Assembly: GCA_963761805.1 (NCBI GenBank)
Contig: CAVXIV010000003.1
Location: forward strand, 89,627 to 153,626
Direction of reading: 5' to 3'
Source: an uncultured Acidobacteriota bacterium
Lineage (GTDB): Bacteria; Acidobacteriota; Thermoanaerobaculia; Multivoradales; UBA5704
DNA length: 64,000 nucleotides
A program made the position numbers and the translations under genes. The notes under the pieces are model-generated. The model was given only the letters and a program-made list of their open reading frames with translations. It was not told the origin of the DNA and searched no databases. Below are positions 1 through 8,932 of this stretch, in pieces. Position 1 is the stretch's first letter; every line of letters starts with the position of its first letter.

Positions 1-19
1 GGCATGTACGCCTGAGGGC

Positions 20-1660
20 TCACCCCGCCGCCCGCTCCAGGATCCGCCCGAAGTCCGTCAGCGGCGGCAGGGTTCCGAACGCCCTGCCGCCGTCCCCGGC
101 GAGACGGCTGGCACAGAAGGCGTCGGCCACGTCCGCCGGGGCGTTCCGCAACAGGAGAGAGGCTTGCAGCGCCAGGGCCAGCCGCTCCACCAGGCGGCGG
201 GCGCGGGTCTCCAGATCGTCCAGGTTTTCCAGATTGGCCCGCAGCTCGTTCATATAGAGGTCGAGCCGGTGATCCGCGCCCCGGGCTTCCTGGATCTCCT
301 GGAACAGGGCGCCCAGCGAGTCGGGGGACTTCTGGAGGGCGCGCAGCACGTCCAGGCACTGCACGTTCCCCGAGCCTTCCCAGATCGAATTGAGCGGCGA
401 CTCGCGGTACAGGCGGGCCATCCCCCATTCCTCCACGTAGCCGTTGCCGCCCAGGCACTCCAGCGACTCGGCGGCGTGCACGGGGGCCCGCTTGCAGATC
501 CAGTACTTGAGGATGGCCGTGGCGAGGCGGCGGAACGGCGTCTCCGCCTCCGAATCGTAGGCGCGCGCGAGGCGCATCATCGCCACCGTCGCCGCCTCGG
601 ATTCGATCGCCAGGTCGGCCAGGACGTTGCGCATCAGCGGCTGATCGATCAGCAATTTCCCGAAGGCGCGGCGGTGGCGGGCGTGGTGGATCGCCCGCGC
701 CGTGCCGGCGCGCAGGCCGGCGGCGGAGCCGATCACGCAGTCGAGCCGCGTGTGCATCACCATCTCCAGGATCGTCGGCACGCCGCGCCCCTCTTCGCCC
801 ACGAGGCGCGCCCAGGCGGCGCGGAACTCCACCTCGCTGGAGGCGTTGGAGCGGTTGCCCAGCTTGTCCTTGAGGCGCTGGAGATGGAAACGGTTGCGCG
901 CGCCGTCCGGCGTGAAACGGGGGAGCAGGAAGCACGAGAGCCCGCCCGGCGCCTGCGCCAGGACCAGGAACGCGTCGCACATCGGCGCCGAGCAGAACCA
1001 CTTGTGGCCCGTGAGCTCGTATTCGCCGCCGCCGAGGGGACGCGCCTCGGTAGTGTTGGCCCGCACGTCCGAGCCGCCCTGCTTCTCGGTCATCGCCATG
1101 CCGCCGAGCGCGCCGGTCTTGCCGTCCGCCGGGATCAGGCGCGGATCGTAGACGGTCGACGTGAGGCGCGGCTCCCACTCCGCCGCCAGGTCGGGCTGGA
1201 GACGCAGGGCGGGGATGGCCGAGTAGGTCATGGAGAGCGGGCATCCCACGCCGGCCTCCACCTCGGCGAGCATGCGGAACATCGCCGCCCGGGCCACGTG
1301 GGCGCCCGGCCGCGGCTCGCGCCAGGGCATCCCGTGCAGCCCGTGCTCGACCCCCAGGGCCATGAGCGCGTGCCACGCGGGATGGAATTCGACCTCGTCG
1401 ATCCGTTCGCCGCGCGGGTCGTGGGTGCGGAGCCTGGGCGGGTTCTCGTTGGCCTCGAACCCCCACCGGATCGTCTCCCGCCGTCCCGCGGCCTCCCCGA
1501 ACCCCCGCGCCCGCTCCTCCGCCCACTCCGCTCCCTCGCGCCGCAGCGCCTCGACGAGGGCGGTGTCGGAGGTGAAGAGGTTGACGTCCTCGAAGGGAGG
1601 GGGCTGGTTGAGGACGGTGTGGGTGGCGTGGGCGACGGCGGTGTCGGCGAGGTGTTGCAT
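20..1660 (-). CDS. aidB: acyl-CoA dehydrogenase family protein, AidB-like
   Basis: 546-aa ORF. It is colinear by eye with E. coli AidB, with matching segments MTEKQGGSDV, HKWFCSAP, LKDKLGNRSNASSEVEF and YRESPLNSIWEGSGNVQCLDVLR. Confidence 0.85.
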   Translation of the reverse strand: MQHLADTAVAHATHTVLNQPPPFEDVNLFTSDTALVEALRREGAEWAEERARGFGEAAGRRETIRWGFEANENPPRLRTHDPRGERIDEVEFHPAWHALMALGVEHGLHGMPWREPRPGAHVARAAMFRMLAEVEAGVGCPLSMTYSAIPALRLQPDLAAEWEPRLTSTVYDPRLIPADGKTGALGGMAMTEKQGGSDVRANTTEARPLGGGEYELTGHKWFCSAPMCDAFLVLAQAPGGLSCFLLPRFTPDGARNRFHLQRLKDKLGNRSNASSEVEFRAAWARLVGEEGRGVPTILEMVMHTRLDCVIGSAAGLRAGTARAIHHARHRRAFGKLLIDQPLMRNVLADLAIESEAATVAMMRLARAYDSEAETPFRRLATAILKYWICKRAPVHAAESLECLGGNGYVEEWGMARLYRESPLNSIWEGSGNVQCLDVLRALQKSPDSLGALFQEIQEARGADHRLDLYMNELRANLENLDDLETRARRLVERLALALQASLLLRNAPADVADAFCASRLAGDGGRAFGTLPPLTDFGRILERAAG

Positions 1661-1804
1661 GGGGGTAAGGATACCTTCCCCTGGGACCGCCGGCGTCCCG
1701 CCGGCCTCTCTTCCTTAAAAGCTGATGAGCAGGCCGGCGGGACGCCGGCGGTCCCAGGGGGCCCGGGGCCTGATAATCTCTCCCTACACAACAGGAGACA
1801 TGCC

Positions 1805-2875
1805 GTGGCCATTCGTGAAGGCGCTTGGGATTGCCCCGCTTGCGGACGCAAGGGGAACCGTGGACCGGAGAAGTTTTGCGGCGGCTGTGGCAGCCCGCGC
1901 GGCCCGGAGGTGAAGTTCTACCTGCCGGAGGAGGCCGCCGAGGTGACCGACGCCGCGGCCCTCGAACTGGCCAAGACCGCTCCGGACTGGCACTGCCCCT
2001 ACTGCGACGCCGACAACCGCGACGCCAACGCCTTCTGCTCCGGTTGCGGCGCGCCCCGGGACGGCGCCGCCACCCGCCAGGTCGTCGAGCACCGCTTCGA
2101 CGCGCCTCCCCCGCCGCCGCCGCAACCCGTGAAGCCCCAGGAGCCGGGCAAGGGCGGCCTCCTCAAGAAGGGCTGCGCCATCGGCTGCCTGGGCCTCGTT
2201 CTCTTGTTCGGCCTCTTCTTCTGGCTGGGGCAGCCCAAGGCGAAGGACCTCACCGTCACCGGCCATCACTGGCTGCGCTCGATCCAGGTCGAAGAGCTGC
2301 GGCCGGTGCAGAAGCAGGCCTGGGAAGGCGAGCTCCCGAGCGGTGCCCGGACCCTCTCGAGCAGCCGCGAGGTCTTCCGCGTCAACAAGATCCAGACCGG
2401 TACCGAGACCCGCACCCGCACCGTCAGCGAGAGGGTCCAGACCGGCACCGAAAGGGTCCAGGTCGGCACCCGCGACCTCGGCAACGGCTACTTCGAGGAC
2501 GTCTACGAGGACCGTCCCGTCTACGAAACCCAAGAGCGGGAGGAGACCTACCAGGAGCCGGTCTACCGAGAGGAGCCCGTCTACCGCCAGCGCTACCGCT
2601 ACGAGGTCGACGAGTGGGTCCAGGACCGTGAAGCCAAGGCCGAGGGAGAGGATCTGTCGCCCGCCTGGCCCGATCCGGAGCTGGACGAGAACGAACGGGA
2701 GGGGGCGAAGAAGGAGGAGTACACCGTCCTCTTCCAGGACCCGGACGGCGAGTCCGCCCGCTACAAGGCGCCGGACGAGCAGACCTGGCGCGGCTTCGAG
2801 CCGGGGCGGACCTATCCAGGAAAGGTGAAGTCGGGCGGCGAAGTGGTGGAGATCGAAAACGCGCCGAAAAGGTAG
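1805..2875 (+). CDS. double zinc-ribbon membrane protein, function unknown
   Basis: GTG at 1805 lies 6 nt after AGGAGA (1793-1798). The protein has two CxxC..CxxC ribbons (CPACG..CGGCG and CPYCD..CSGCG), a Pro-rich linker, one TM helix (GCAIGCLGLVLLFGLFFWL) and an acidic Tyr/Glu-rich C-terminal region. The upstream part of ORF 164..2875 is the antisense shadow of aidB. Confidence 0.7.
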   Translation: MAIREGAWDCPACGRKGNRGPEKFCGGCGSPRGPEVKFYLPEEAAEVTDAAALELAKTAPDWHCPYCDADNRDANAFCSGCGAPRDGAATRQVVEHRFDAPPPPPPQPVKPQEPGKGGLLKKGCAIGCLGLVLLFGLFFWLGQPKAKDLTVTGHHWLRSIQVEELRPVQKQAWEGELPSGARTLSSSREVFRVNKIQTGTETRTRTVSERVQTGTERVQVGTRDLGNGYFEDVYEDRPVYETQEREETYQEPVYREEPVYRQRYRYEVDEWVQDREAKAEGEDLSPAWPDPELDENEREGAKKEEYTVLFQDPDGESARYKAPDEQTWRGFEPGRTYPGKVKSGGEVVEIENAPKR

Positions 2876-3473
2876 GAGGCGACCGCCCCGCCCGCGGTCG
2901 CCCGTTTCTGGCAGGAAAATCAGACTTCAATTGTCAAAGATCACGCGGGGAATCGGGATTGAACCCTGATTCCCCGGCCTCGTCCCCGAATATACGGACG
3001 GCCCCCGAGTCCGTCAATAATAATCTTGCCAAAAGCCCGTGGGATCTCGCCAAAAAGTCATTAAGTCGGACCAAAAGCTCTTTTGCTCCGGGCAAAAGAC
3101 CAATTGCCGAAGATAGTGGGTTTTTAGCGCGAGATTCCTCTTGCGCGCCGGACCGAAAGCTCTTTAGACTCCTTCCCGGTCGCATTGCCGCGAGGAAAAG
3201 ATCTTTATCAGTGACCGTGGAAGCTTTTCCGCGAGCAAAAGGGTATTACCTGCGGCCAAAAGAGTTTTTGGAACGGCCTGGGACTCATAGCTACGGGGAA
3301 GAGCTTCAGAACCGCGGCCGAAAAAGGAATAGCCGCGATCCCGAGGGGGAGCGCGGCGGGATCTTTGACAGACGAAGTACCTTTACGGGGCTCCCCGTCG
3401 TGGGCGGGGCGGGGGGCTCCGGATTTTTCTATGGGTGGGGAACGGTGCTGATAGGCGCCGTTCCGGGTTGATT

Positions 3474-3504
3474 CCGCCCCAGGTTGAAACCATGGGGCTA
3501 CCCA
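3474..3504. repeat. 29-nt palindromic element, left copy; its reverse complement recurs at 8636-8663
   Basis: ccgccccaggttgaaaccatggggctacc here matches ggtagccccaggtttcaacctggggcgg at 8636-8663 as its reverse complement, apart from a 2-nt indel. The core ccccagg..cctgggg can fold as a hairpin. Confidence 0.6.
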
Positions 3505-3572
3505 CGAATGTCCCTGAAGGGACGATCCAAACCAAACCTCCCGGCCATGGAGCATGCCATGGTCTCTGGGAC

Positions 3573-3784
3573 CGCCCGGAACGGGCGAAATTTGAATAGC
3601 CCGGCGCTTCAGCGCCGGGTAGGGGGGCCATCAAATTTCCATCCGCCCTGAATGGGCGGGACCCAACGGTTCAGCCAGCCGGAACGTCCGGTTCCGCCAC
3701 CTTCGGGGCGGGGATGGATAGGGGAGATCCCGTTGACCCGGCGCTAAAGCACCGGGCTATTCAGATTCCGCCCATTCTGGGCGG
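3573..3784. repeat. MITE-like composite repeat, left copy
   Basis: The unit is about 212 nt and is bounded by about 48-nt inverted repeats (ccgcccggaacgggcgaaatttgaatagcccggcgcttcagcgccggg at one end, cccggcgctaaagcaccgggctattcagattccgcccattctgggcgg at the other). It also has an internal hairpin ccgccctgaatgggcgg. The whole unit recurs in direct orientation at 8719-8932. Confidence 0.65.
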
Positions 3785-3805
3785 TCCAGGATGGGGCGAA
3801 ATTTC

Positions 3806-6800
3806 TCACGCCTTCGCCTGCACCCACGGCGGCACGGGCGGCAGATCGAAGAACGACGCGTCGTCCGGCAGCCGCAGACCGGGAACGAACTCATCGAGCT
3901 CGCCTACCTCGAACCGGCACAGGTTGATGGCATGCCAGAACCCGCCGGCGATCACGCCGCCGTATTTGTAGCGGCCATCCGGGGCGAAGGCGACCCAGCC
4001 CTCGGGGAGATGAACGAGAATGACGATGCAGCGGCCGGTGGCGACGTCCCAGAGGCGGACGGTGTTGTCGAAGGAGGCACTGGCAAGGGTGTTTCCCTCG
4101 GGGCTGAACACAACGCTTGAAACGCCCCCCTGGTGTCCTTGGAAAGCTTGGCTCTCTCGCCCGGAGGCGGTATCCCAAAGCCGCACGGTTTTGTCGTCGG
4201 ACGCGCTGGCGAGGGTGTTTCCCTCGGGGCTAAACACTACGCTATTGACGCCCTCCTGGTGTCCCTGGAAAGTTCGGACCTCCCGTCCGGAGGCGATCTC
4301 CCAAAGCCGCACGGTTTTGTCGTCGGATGCGCTGGCGAGGGTGTTTCCCTCGGGGCTAAACACCACGCTATAGACATGTCCTTCGTGTCGTTGGAAAGTC
4401 TGCATCTCTCGCCCGGAGGCAATGTCCCAAAGCCGCACGGTTTTGTCGTAGGAGGCGCTGGCGAGGTTCTTTCCGTTGGGGCTAAACGCCACGCTAGAGA
4501 CGCCCCCATGGTGTCCTTGGAAAGTCTGGATCTCTCGCCCCAAGGCAATGTCCCAAAGCCGCACGGTTTTGTCGTCGGATGCGCTGGCGAGGTTTTTTCC
4601 GTTGGGGCTAAACGCCACACTCCTTACGACGCTTTGGTGTCCTTGGAGAGCCCGGATCTCTTTCCCGGAGGCGGTGTCCCAGAGCCGGACGGTGTGGTCG
4701 TCGAAGGCGCTGGCGAGGGTATTTCCCTCAGGGTTAAATGCTACGCTCATAACCCAATCCTGGCGTACTTGGAAAGCCCGGATCTCTTGCCCGGACGCGA
4801 CATCCCAAAGATGTATAGTGTGGTCGTCGGATGCGCTGGCGAGGGTGTTTCCCTTGAGGGTAAAGGCCATGCTTCTGACGCCCCTTTCGTCTCCTTGGAA
4901 AACTCGGATCTCTCGCCCGGAGGCGATGTCCCAAAGACGCAGGGTGCTGTCGTTTGATGCGCTGGCGAGGGTGTTTCCGCCGGGGCTAAACGCCACGCTC
5001 CTCACATACCAGTAGTGTCCTCGGAAAGTCAGGATCTCTACCCCGGAGGCGGTGTCCCAAAGTCGGACGGTTTTGTCGTCAGATGCACTGGCGAGGATGT
5101 TTCCATTGGGACTGAACGTCACACTATTAACAGGAGCTAGGTGTCCTTGGAAATTCCGGATCTCTCGTCCGGAGGCGGTGTCCCAAAGCCGGACGGTTTT
5201 GTCGTCGGATGCGCTGGCGAGGGTATTTCCCTCGGGGCTAAACACTACGCTTCTGACCCAATCCTGGTGACCTCGGAAAGTCCGAATCTTTCGCCCGGAG
5301 GTGGTATCCCAAAGATGCACGGTGTTGTCGTAGGAGGTGCTGGCGAGGGTGTTTCCTGTGGGGCTAAACACCACGCTTAAAGAGCCTCCCAGGTGTCCTT
5401 GGAAAGCTCGGATCTCTCGTCCGGAGGCGGTGTCCCAAAGCCGGACGGTTTTGTCGTCGGATGCGCTGGCGAGGGTGTTTCCCTCGGGATTGAACACCAC
5501 GCTATTAACCCTCCCTAAGTGTCCTTGGAACGCCCGCATTTCTCGTCCGGAGGCGGTGTCCCAAAGCCGGACGGTTTTGTCATCGGATGCGCTGGCGAGG
5601 GTGTTTCCCTCGGGGCTAAACACCACGCTATTGACGGCTCCCTGGTGTCCTTGGAAAGCTCTGATCAGTTGTCCGCTGGAAGGATCCCAAAGCCGTATAA
5701 GGCCCCCTTCTGCGCTAGCCAGCAGGTCTCTTTTAGGATTCCAAGCCACGGCACTGGAAGGCGAGGAAAACAGGGTCATTCCTTCGGGTGCGTCAGGGAT
5801 TCGTAGAGCGGAGCCAAAGAAGTCGGCGGAGTCGGACTTTTCGTCGAGCGAGGCTCCTATCAGCTTTGCGCGCTCGAAAATCGCGTAACCGAGATCGGTT
5901 CCCCTAAGATCGGCCCCCAGGAGGCGTGCGCGAGTGAGATTGGCGTGCGCAAGGTCGGTTTGGCTTAGGTCGGCACGAGTGAGATCCGCGTCCCGGAGAT
6001 TGGCGTAAACGAGCCGTGCCCTGTGGAGACGGGTCCTGATCAACTTCGCGGAGCTTAGATTCGTTCGCTCCAGGTTCGCGTTTTCCAGATTCTGATCCGA
6101 GAGATCCTGGCCAGTGAGATTCTGGCCTGACAGATCTATGGCCTGATCAAGTTTTTCCTGAAGACGATCGAGGACCAGTAAAGCGTTTTTCTTGGGAATG
6201 TCATCGTTGCCCCGAGTCGTTTGGCGAGCCCAGGCAACGATGTTCTCTCTTCCGGTAAAGCTGGTCAGGAAATCGATCATCAGTAACGAGAGATCCTTCT
6301 CGCCCAGCAGGCTTGAGATGCCTTCCTTCTTGAGCCCCTCGGCTGCCGCCTGAGCCACGAGGAACTCCAGGATAGATTGGTGGAGGAAGGAAAAATTACC
6401 TTCGTCATCTCGGACGAGAAGAGTTCCAGAGCCTACCTGGAAAGCAGCAATCGCTTCATCGAAGACGCGATCGATTTTCTGGATCGCCTCGGCGGCATCC
6501 GCTTGGATCTCCTCCAGATTCACATAGCGATCCGTCTTCTGCCAGAGGCGAACGGCCAATAAGGTGACCGCGTTCCAGCGATCCTGCACGGAGAGGCCAG
6601 GAGGCGCTCCCTTGGGATGGACACGCTCAAATTCATGGACGAGCCAGCGCTCCAAGATGAGCCGGTAGAGCGTGGCCGCTGTAATTACTCCACCGGCAGC
6701 AGCCTCGCAGAGCTGCACCTCGGGAAGGTCGGCGATGAATCCCAGCATGCGGGGATTCTCGGAGAGCCCCAGGAGATCCTTGATGCTGTCAATCAGATTC

Positions 6801-8530
6801 AGCCTGGTGTCCGCTTCGGCTTCGCTCCCGCAGCGGTTGCCGAGGAAAGCACGGATCTGATCGCGGCTGAAGGTCTGGAGGATGCCGATTCTCGATCCTG
6901 AGATCAACTCGACTTCTTCGCCGAGCTTGGAACGGACCTGTTGGTCGGAAAGGAAGTGCTGACGGCGGCTGGTGACGACGATCTTGGCGTCACCCTGGGC
7001 GGCGGAGAGGAGGGTTTCGAAGTGCTCGGCGGCACGGTCGTACGTAACCCGCAAAGCAAGCTCGTCGAAGCCGTCGAAGAGGAGCACGATCCGGCCCTGC
7101 TCCAGCATGTAGCGGAATCTCTCGAAGCGGTAGCCCTCGGGTTCGTTCTGTCCGAAGTGCTGGCCGAGGAGCTGGGCCAGCGTACGGCCCTTTTCAAGGG
7201 ATCTCATCTGGAGGAGGATCGGGACCGGTCCCGATTCCAGGAGCCCCATGCGGCGCGCGAGCTCGTGCAGGAGGAAGGTCTTGCCCGTCCCGAAATCTCC
7301 CAGGATGACGGCGAAGCGCCGGTTGGGCGTGGAGAGCCACTCCTGAAGTTTCGCCAGGGCGTCCGGATGCTCTTCGTTCCGCTCCAGGGAGACCATCCGC
7401 TGGGTCACGTAGAGGCTGGGAGGGTAGAGCTTGTCCCGGGTCAGCTCTTCGGTCTGCCGGCGGAGATAGCCGCGGAAATCGATGAGGCCCATGTATTCGA
7501 TGAGGCTCATCAGGCGGACATCCCTGTTGCTGGCGACTTTCTGGAGGCCCTCCGGAGCCGGAGCGCCGCCGTAGATGAGATAGGAGATCATTCGGGGGTC
7601 GGCTGCGCGGAAGCCTTTATCGATCCGTTCGCGGAAGGCGTTCAGGTCTTCCAGAGAGACGTCATATTCGACGCCCGCGACCGGATAGTCCCGCACGATG
7701 TCTCCGTGCCGGACCGAGACCCGCAGGTAGTCCCAGAAGTCGCCTTCGCCCGAGATCCGCTCGATCTGCGCCGCGGGCTCCCGGAGACGGCAGACCCTCT
7801 CAACACGGGCGAGGAAGTCGTCCCGGATCTCGATAAAGGAGGGTTCGAGATCCTTTGAGGCCTTCGGCATGTAGTAGCCGCGGGTCCGTTTGGAAGAACG
7901 AACGGTGGTGGTCTCGATGACGGGCGCGGGCTCCGGTTCGGTGAAGGCGTTTGGAAATTTCTCGATGTCGAGAGGTGGGACAGCGGGTTCGAAAGGGGAG
8001 GATTCCGACGCGTCCACGATCCTCTTCGCGAAGGCGACGAGGAACTTTTGATAGGTGTCCTTCTGTTCGTCCAGACGCAGGAGGTATTGAAGCCCCTCGT
8101 TCCGGTAGGTCTCACCCAGATCGTCGAAGGAATATTGGATTTCGCGGAACTCCTTCGGGAGCGTCTCGAAGCTGGCGCCGAGGGGTTTCCAGAGGATGGG
8201 CAGGATGAGCTTGGGATTGGAGCCGTGAGAATCCAGGCGCGAGCGGAAGGCGGACCATTCCTTGCCGCAGTACTCGCTGTTGAAGAAGGAGCGGGAGTAG
8301 AGGGGAAGAAGGATCTGGCAGGTGGAGAGCGCCGAAGACAGCTCTTCGGGCCAACGGTCGCCGGTCTTGATTCCGTGGGTATCCCGGAAGCCTACGGGAT
8401 GGCTGGCTGAGAGGCCCATGAGGCCTCGGACTTCTTCGCGGATCTCCTGGAAGAAGCGGCCGAGGTGTTCGTCCGCGTCATTGCGGGCATAGCTGAAGAA
8501 GAAGATGGGACCGTCTTGTTTTAGGGTCAC
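3806..8530 (-). CDS. NLR-like STAND NTPase: TIR, unknown region, NACHT, pentapeptide repeats, 14 WD40 repeats
   Basis: 1574-aa ORF. Residues 7-140 form a TIR domain (FFFSYARND, SEYCGKEW with the conserved Glu). Walker A GDFGTGKT is at aa 411-418 and Walker B-like LLFDGFDE at aa 483-490 (NACHT). Residues about 798-895 carry roughly 19 pentapeptide repeats (ANLER/TNLSS/ADLTR and similar). Residues about 920-1530 form fourteen 42-aa WD40 units (GHxxxVxSVxFSPxGNTLASASDDKTVRLWD). Confidence 0.9.
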   Translation of the reverse strand: MTLKQDGPIFFFSYARNDADEHLGRFFQEIREEVRGLMGLSASHPVGFRDTHGIKTGDRWPEELSSALSTCQILLPLYSRSFFNSEYCGKEWSAFRSRLDSHGSNPKLILPILWKPLGASFETLPKEFREIQYSFDDLGETYRNEGLQYLLRLDEQKDTYQKFLVAFAKRIVDASESSPFEPAVPPLDIEKFPNAFTEPEPAPVIETTTVRSSKRTRGYYMPKASKDLEPSFIEIRDDFLARVERVCRLREPAAQIERISGEGDFWDYLRVSVRHGDIVRDYPVAGVEYDVSLEDLNAFRERIDKGFRAADPRMISYLIYGGAPAPEGLQKVASNRDVRLMSLIEYMGLIDFRGYLRRQTEELTRDKLYPPSLYVTQRMVSLERNEEHPDALAKLQEWLSTPNRRFAVILGDFGTGKTFLLHELARRMGLLESGPVPILLQMRSLEKGRTLAQLLGQHFGQNEPEGYRFERFRYMLEQGRIVLLFDGFDELALRVTYDRAAEHFETLLSAAQGDAKIVVTSRRQHFLSDQQVRSKLGEEVELISGSRIGILQTFSRDQIRAFLGNRCGSEAEADTRLNLIDSIKDLLGLSENPRMLGFIADLPEVQLCEAAAGGVITAATLYRLILERWLVHEFERVHPKGAPPGLSVQDRWNAVTLLAVRLWQKTDRYVNLEEIQADAAEAIQKIDRVFDEAIAAFQVGSGTLLVRDDEGNFSFLHQSILEFLVAQAAAEGLKKEGISSLLGEKDLSLLMIDFLTSFTGRENIVAWARQTTRGNDDIPKKNALLVLDRLQEKLDQAIDLSGQNLTGQDLSDQNLENANLERTNLSSAKLIRTRLHRARLVYANLRDADLTRADLSQTDLAHANLTRARLLGADLRGTDLGYAIFERAKLIGASLDEKSDSADFFGSALRIPDAPEGMTLFSSPSSAVAWNPKRDLLASAEGGLIRLWDPSSGQLIRAFQGHQGAVNSVVFSPEGNTLASASDDKTVRLWDTASGREMRAFQGHLGRVNSVVFNPEGNTLASASDDKTVRLWDTASGREIRAFQGHLGGSLSVVFSPTGNTLASTSYDNTVHLWDTTSGRKIRTFRGHQDWVRSVVFSPEGNTLASASDDKTVRLWDTASGREIRNFQGHLAPVNSVTFSPNGNILASASDDKTVRLWDTASGVEILTFRGHYWYVRSVAFSPGGNTLASASNDSTLRLWDIASGREIRVFQGDERGVRSMAFTLKGNTLASASDDHTIHLWDVASGQEIRAFQVRQDWVMSVAFNPEGNTLASAFDDHTVRLWDTASGKEIRALQGHQSVVRSVAFSPNGKNLASASDDKTVRLWDIALGREIQTFQGHHGGVSSVAFSPNGKNLASASYDKTVRLWDIASGREMQTFQRHEGHVYSVVFSPEGNTLASASDDKTVRLWEIASGREVRTFQGHQEGVNSVVFSPEGNTLASASDDKTVRLWDTASGRESQAFQGHQGGVSSVVFSPEGNTLASASFDNTVRLWDVATGRCIVILVHLPEGWVAFAPDGRYKYGGVIAGGFWHAINLCRFEVGELDEFVPGLRLPDDASFFDLPPVPPWVQAKA

Positions 8531-8635
8531 CTCGAAAAGTTAGCATCTGGAGGGCTGGGTTCCAAGGGGGCCGGCGCTCCGAGAGGGCCGGGAAGATTCC
8601 GGTCTGAGCCGTCCCGCCAGGGACAAGAGGCGGTA

Positions 8636-8663
8636 GCCCCAGGTTTCAACCTGGGGCGGGGAG
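8636..8663. repeat. 29-nt palindromic element, right copy (inverted relative to 3474-3504)
   Basis: ggtagccccaggtttcaacctggggcgg is the reverse complement of the element at 3474-3504. Confidence 0.6.
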
Positions 8664-8718
8664 GGCGGGGTGCCGCGCCGCCTCCGGACACCGCGCCTCC
8701 GGACGCCGGTCCCGGGAC

Positions 8719-8932
8719 CCGCCCGGAACGGGCGGAATTTGACTAGCCCGGCGCTTCAGCGCCGGGTAGGCGGTCCCCCCCAATTCTCATCCGCCCAGAA
8801 TGGGCGGGACCCAACCGTTCAGCCGGGTCGGACCGTCGTGTTCCGCCACCTTCGGGGTGGGGGATGGGGGGAGGGCGTCGGTGACCCGGCGCTGAAGCAC
8901 CGGGCTATTCAGATTCCGCCCATTCTGGGCGG
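8719..8932. repeat. MITE-like composite repeat, right copy (direct relative to 3573-3784)
   Basis: It has the same three sub-elements in the same order as 3573-3784: ccgcccggaacgggcggaatttgactagcccggcgcttcagcgccggg, then catccgcccagaatgggcgggacccaac, then cccggcgctgaagcaccgggctattcagattccgcccattctgggcgg. Identity to the left copy is roughly 85-90% by eye. Confidence 0.65.

Noticed and set aside
164-1804. Upstream 547 codons of the 903-aa ORF 164..2875
   Set aside because: This part is antisense to the well-supported aidB-like gene. Its composition is Arg/Gly/Ala/Pro-rich and low-complexity, typical of off-frame translation in high-GC DNA. The recognisable zinc-ribbon protein begins only at GTG 1805, which has its own RBS.
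2947-2975. Hairpin ggggaatcgggattgaaccctgattcccc, whose reverse strand contains a tRNA T-loop-like GGTTCAATCC
   Set aside because: No acceptor, D or anticodon arms can be drawn around it, and the 11-bp stem is too long for a T-arm. It may be a terminator or a relic of an integration site, but that cannot be supported from the sequence.
2959-3555. ORFs 2959..3471 (+), 2934..3185 (-) and 3208..3555 (-) in the low-GC spacer
   Set aside because: They have no RBS and no motifs. They are mutually overlapping, their translations are low-complexity Ser/Arg/Lys-rich, and they run into the repeat elements.
3940-5770. Regular 126-nt periodic repeats that might look like a CRISPR-type or satellite array
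   Set aside because: The period equals one 42-aa WD40 blade, and the repeats lie in frame inside the intact 1574-aa ORF. There is no repeat-spacer structure and there are no cas genes.
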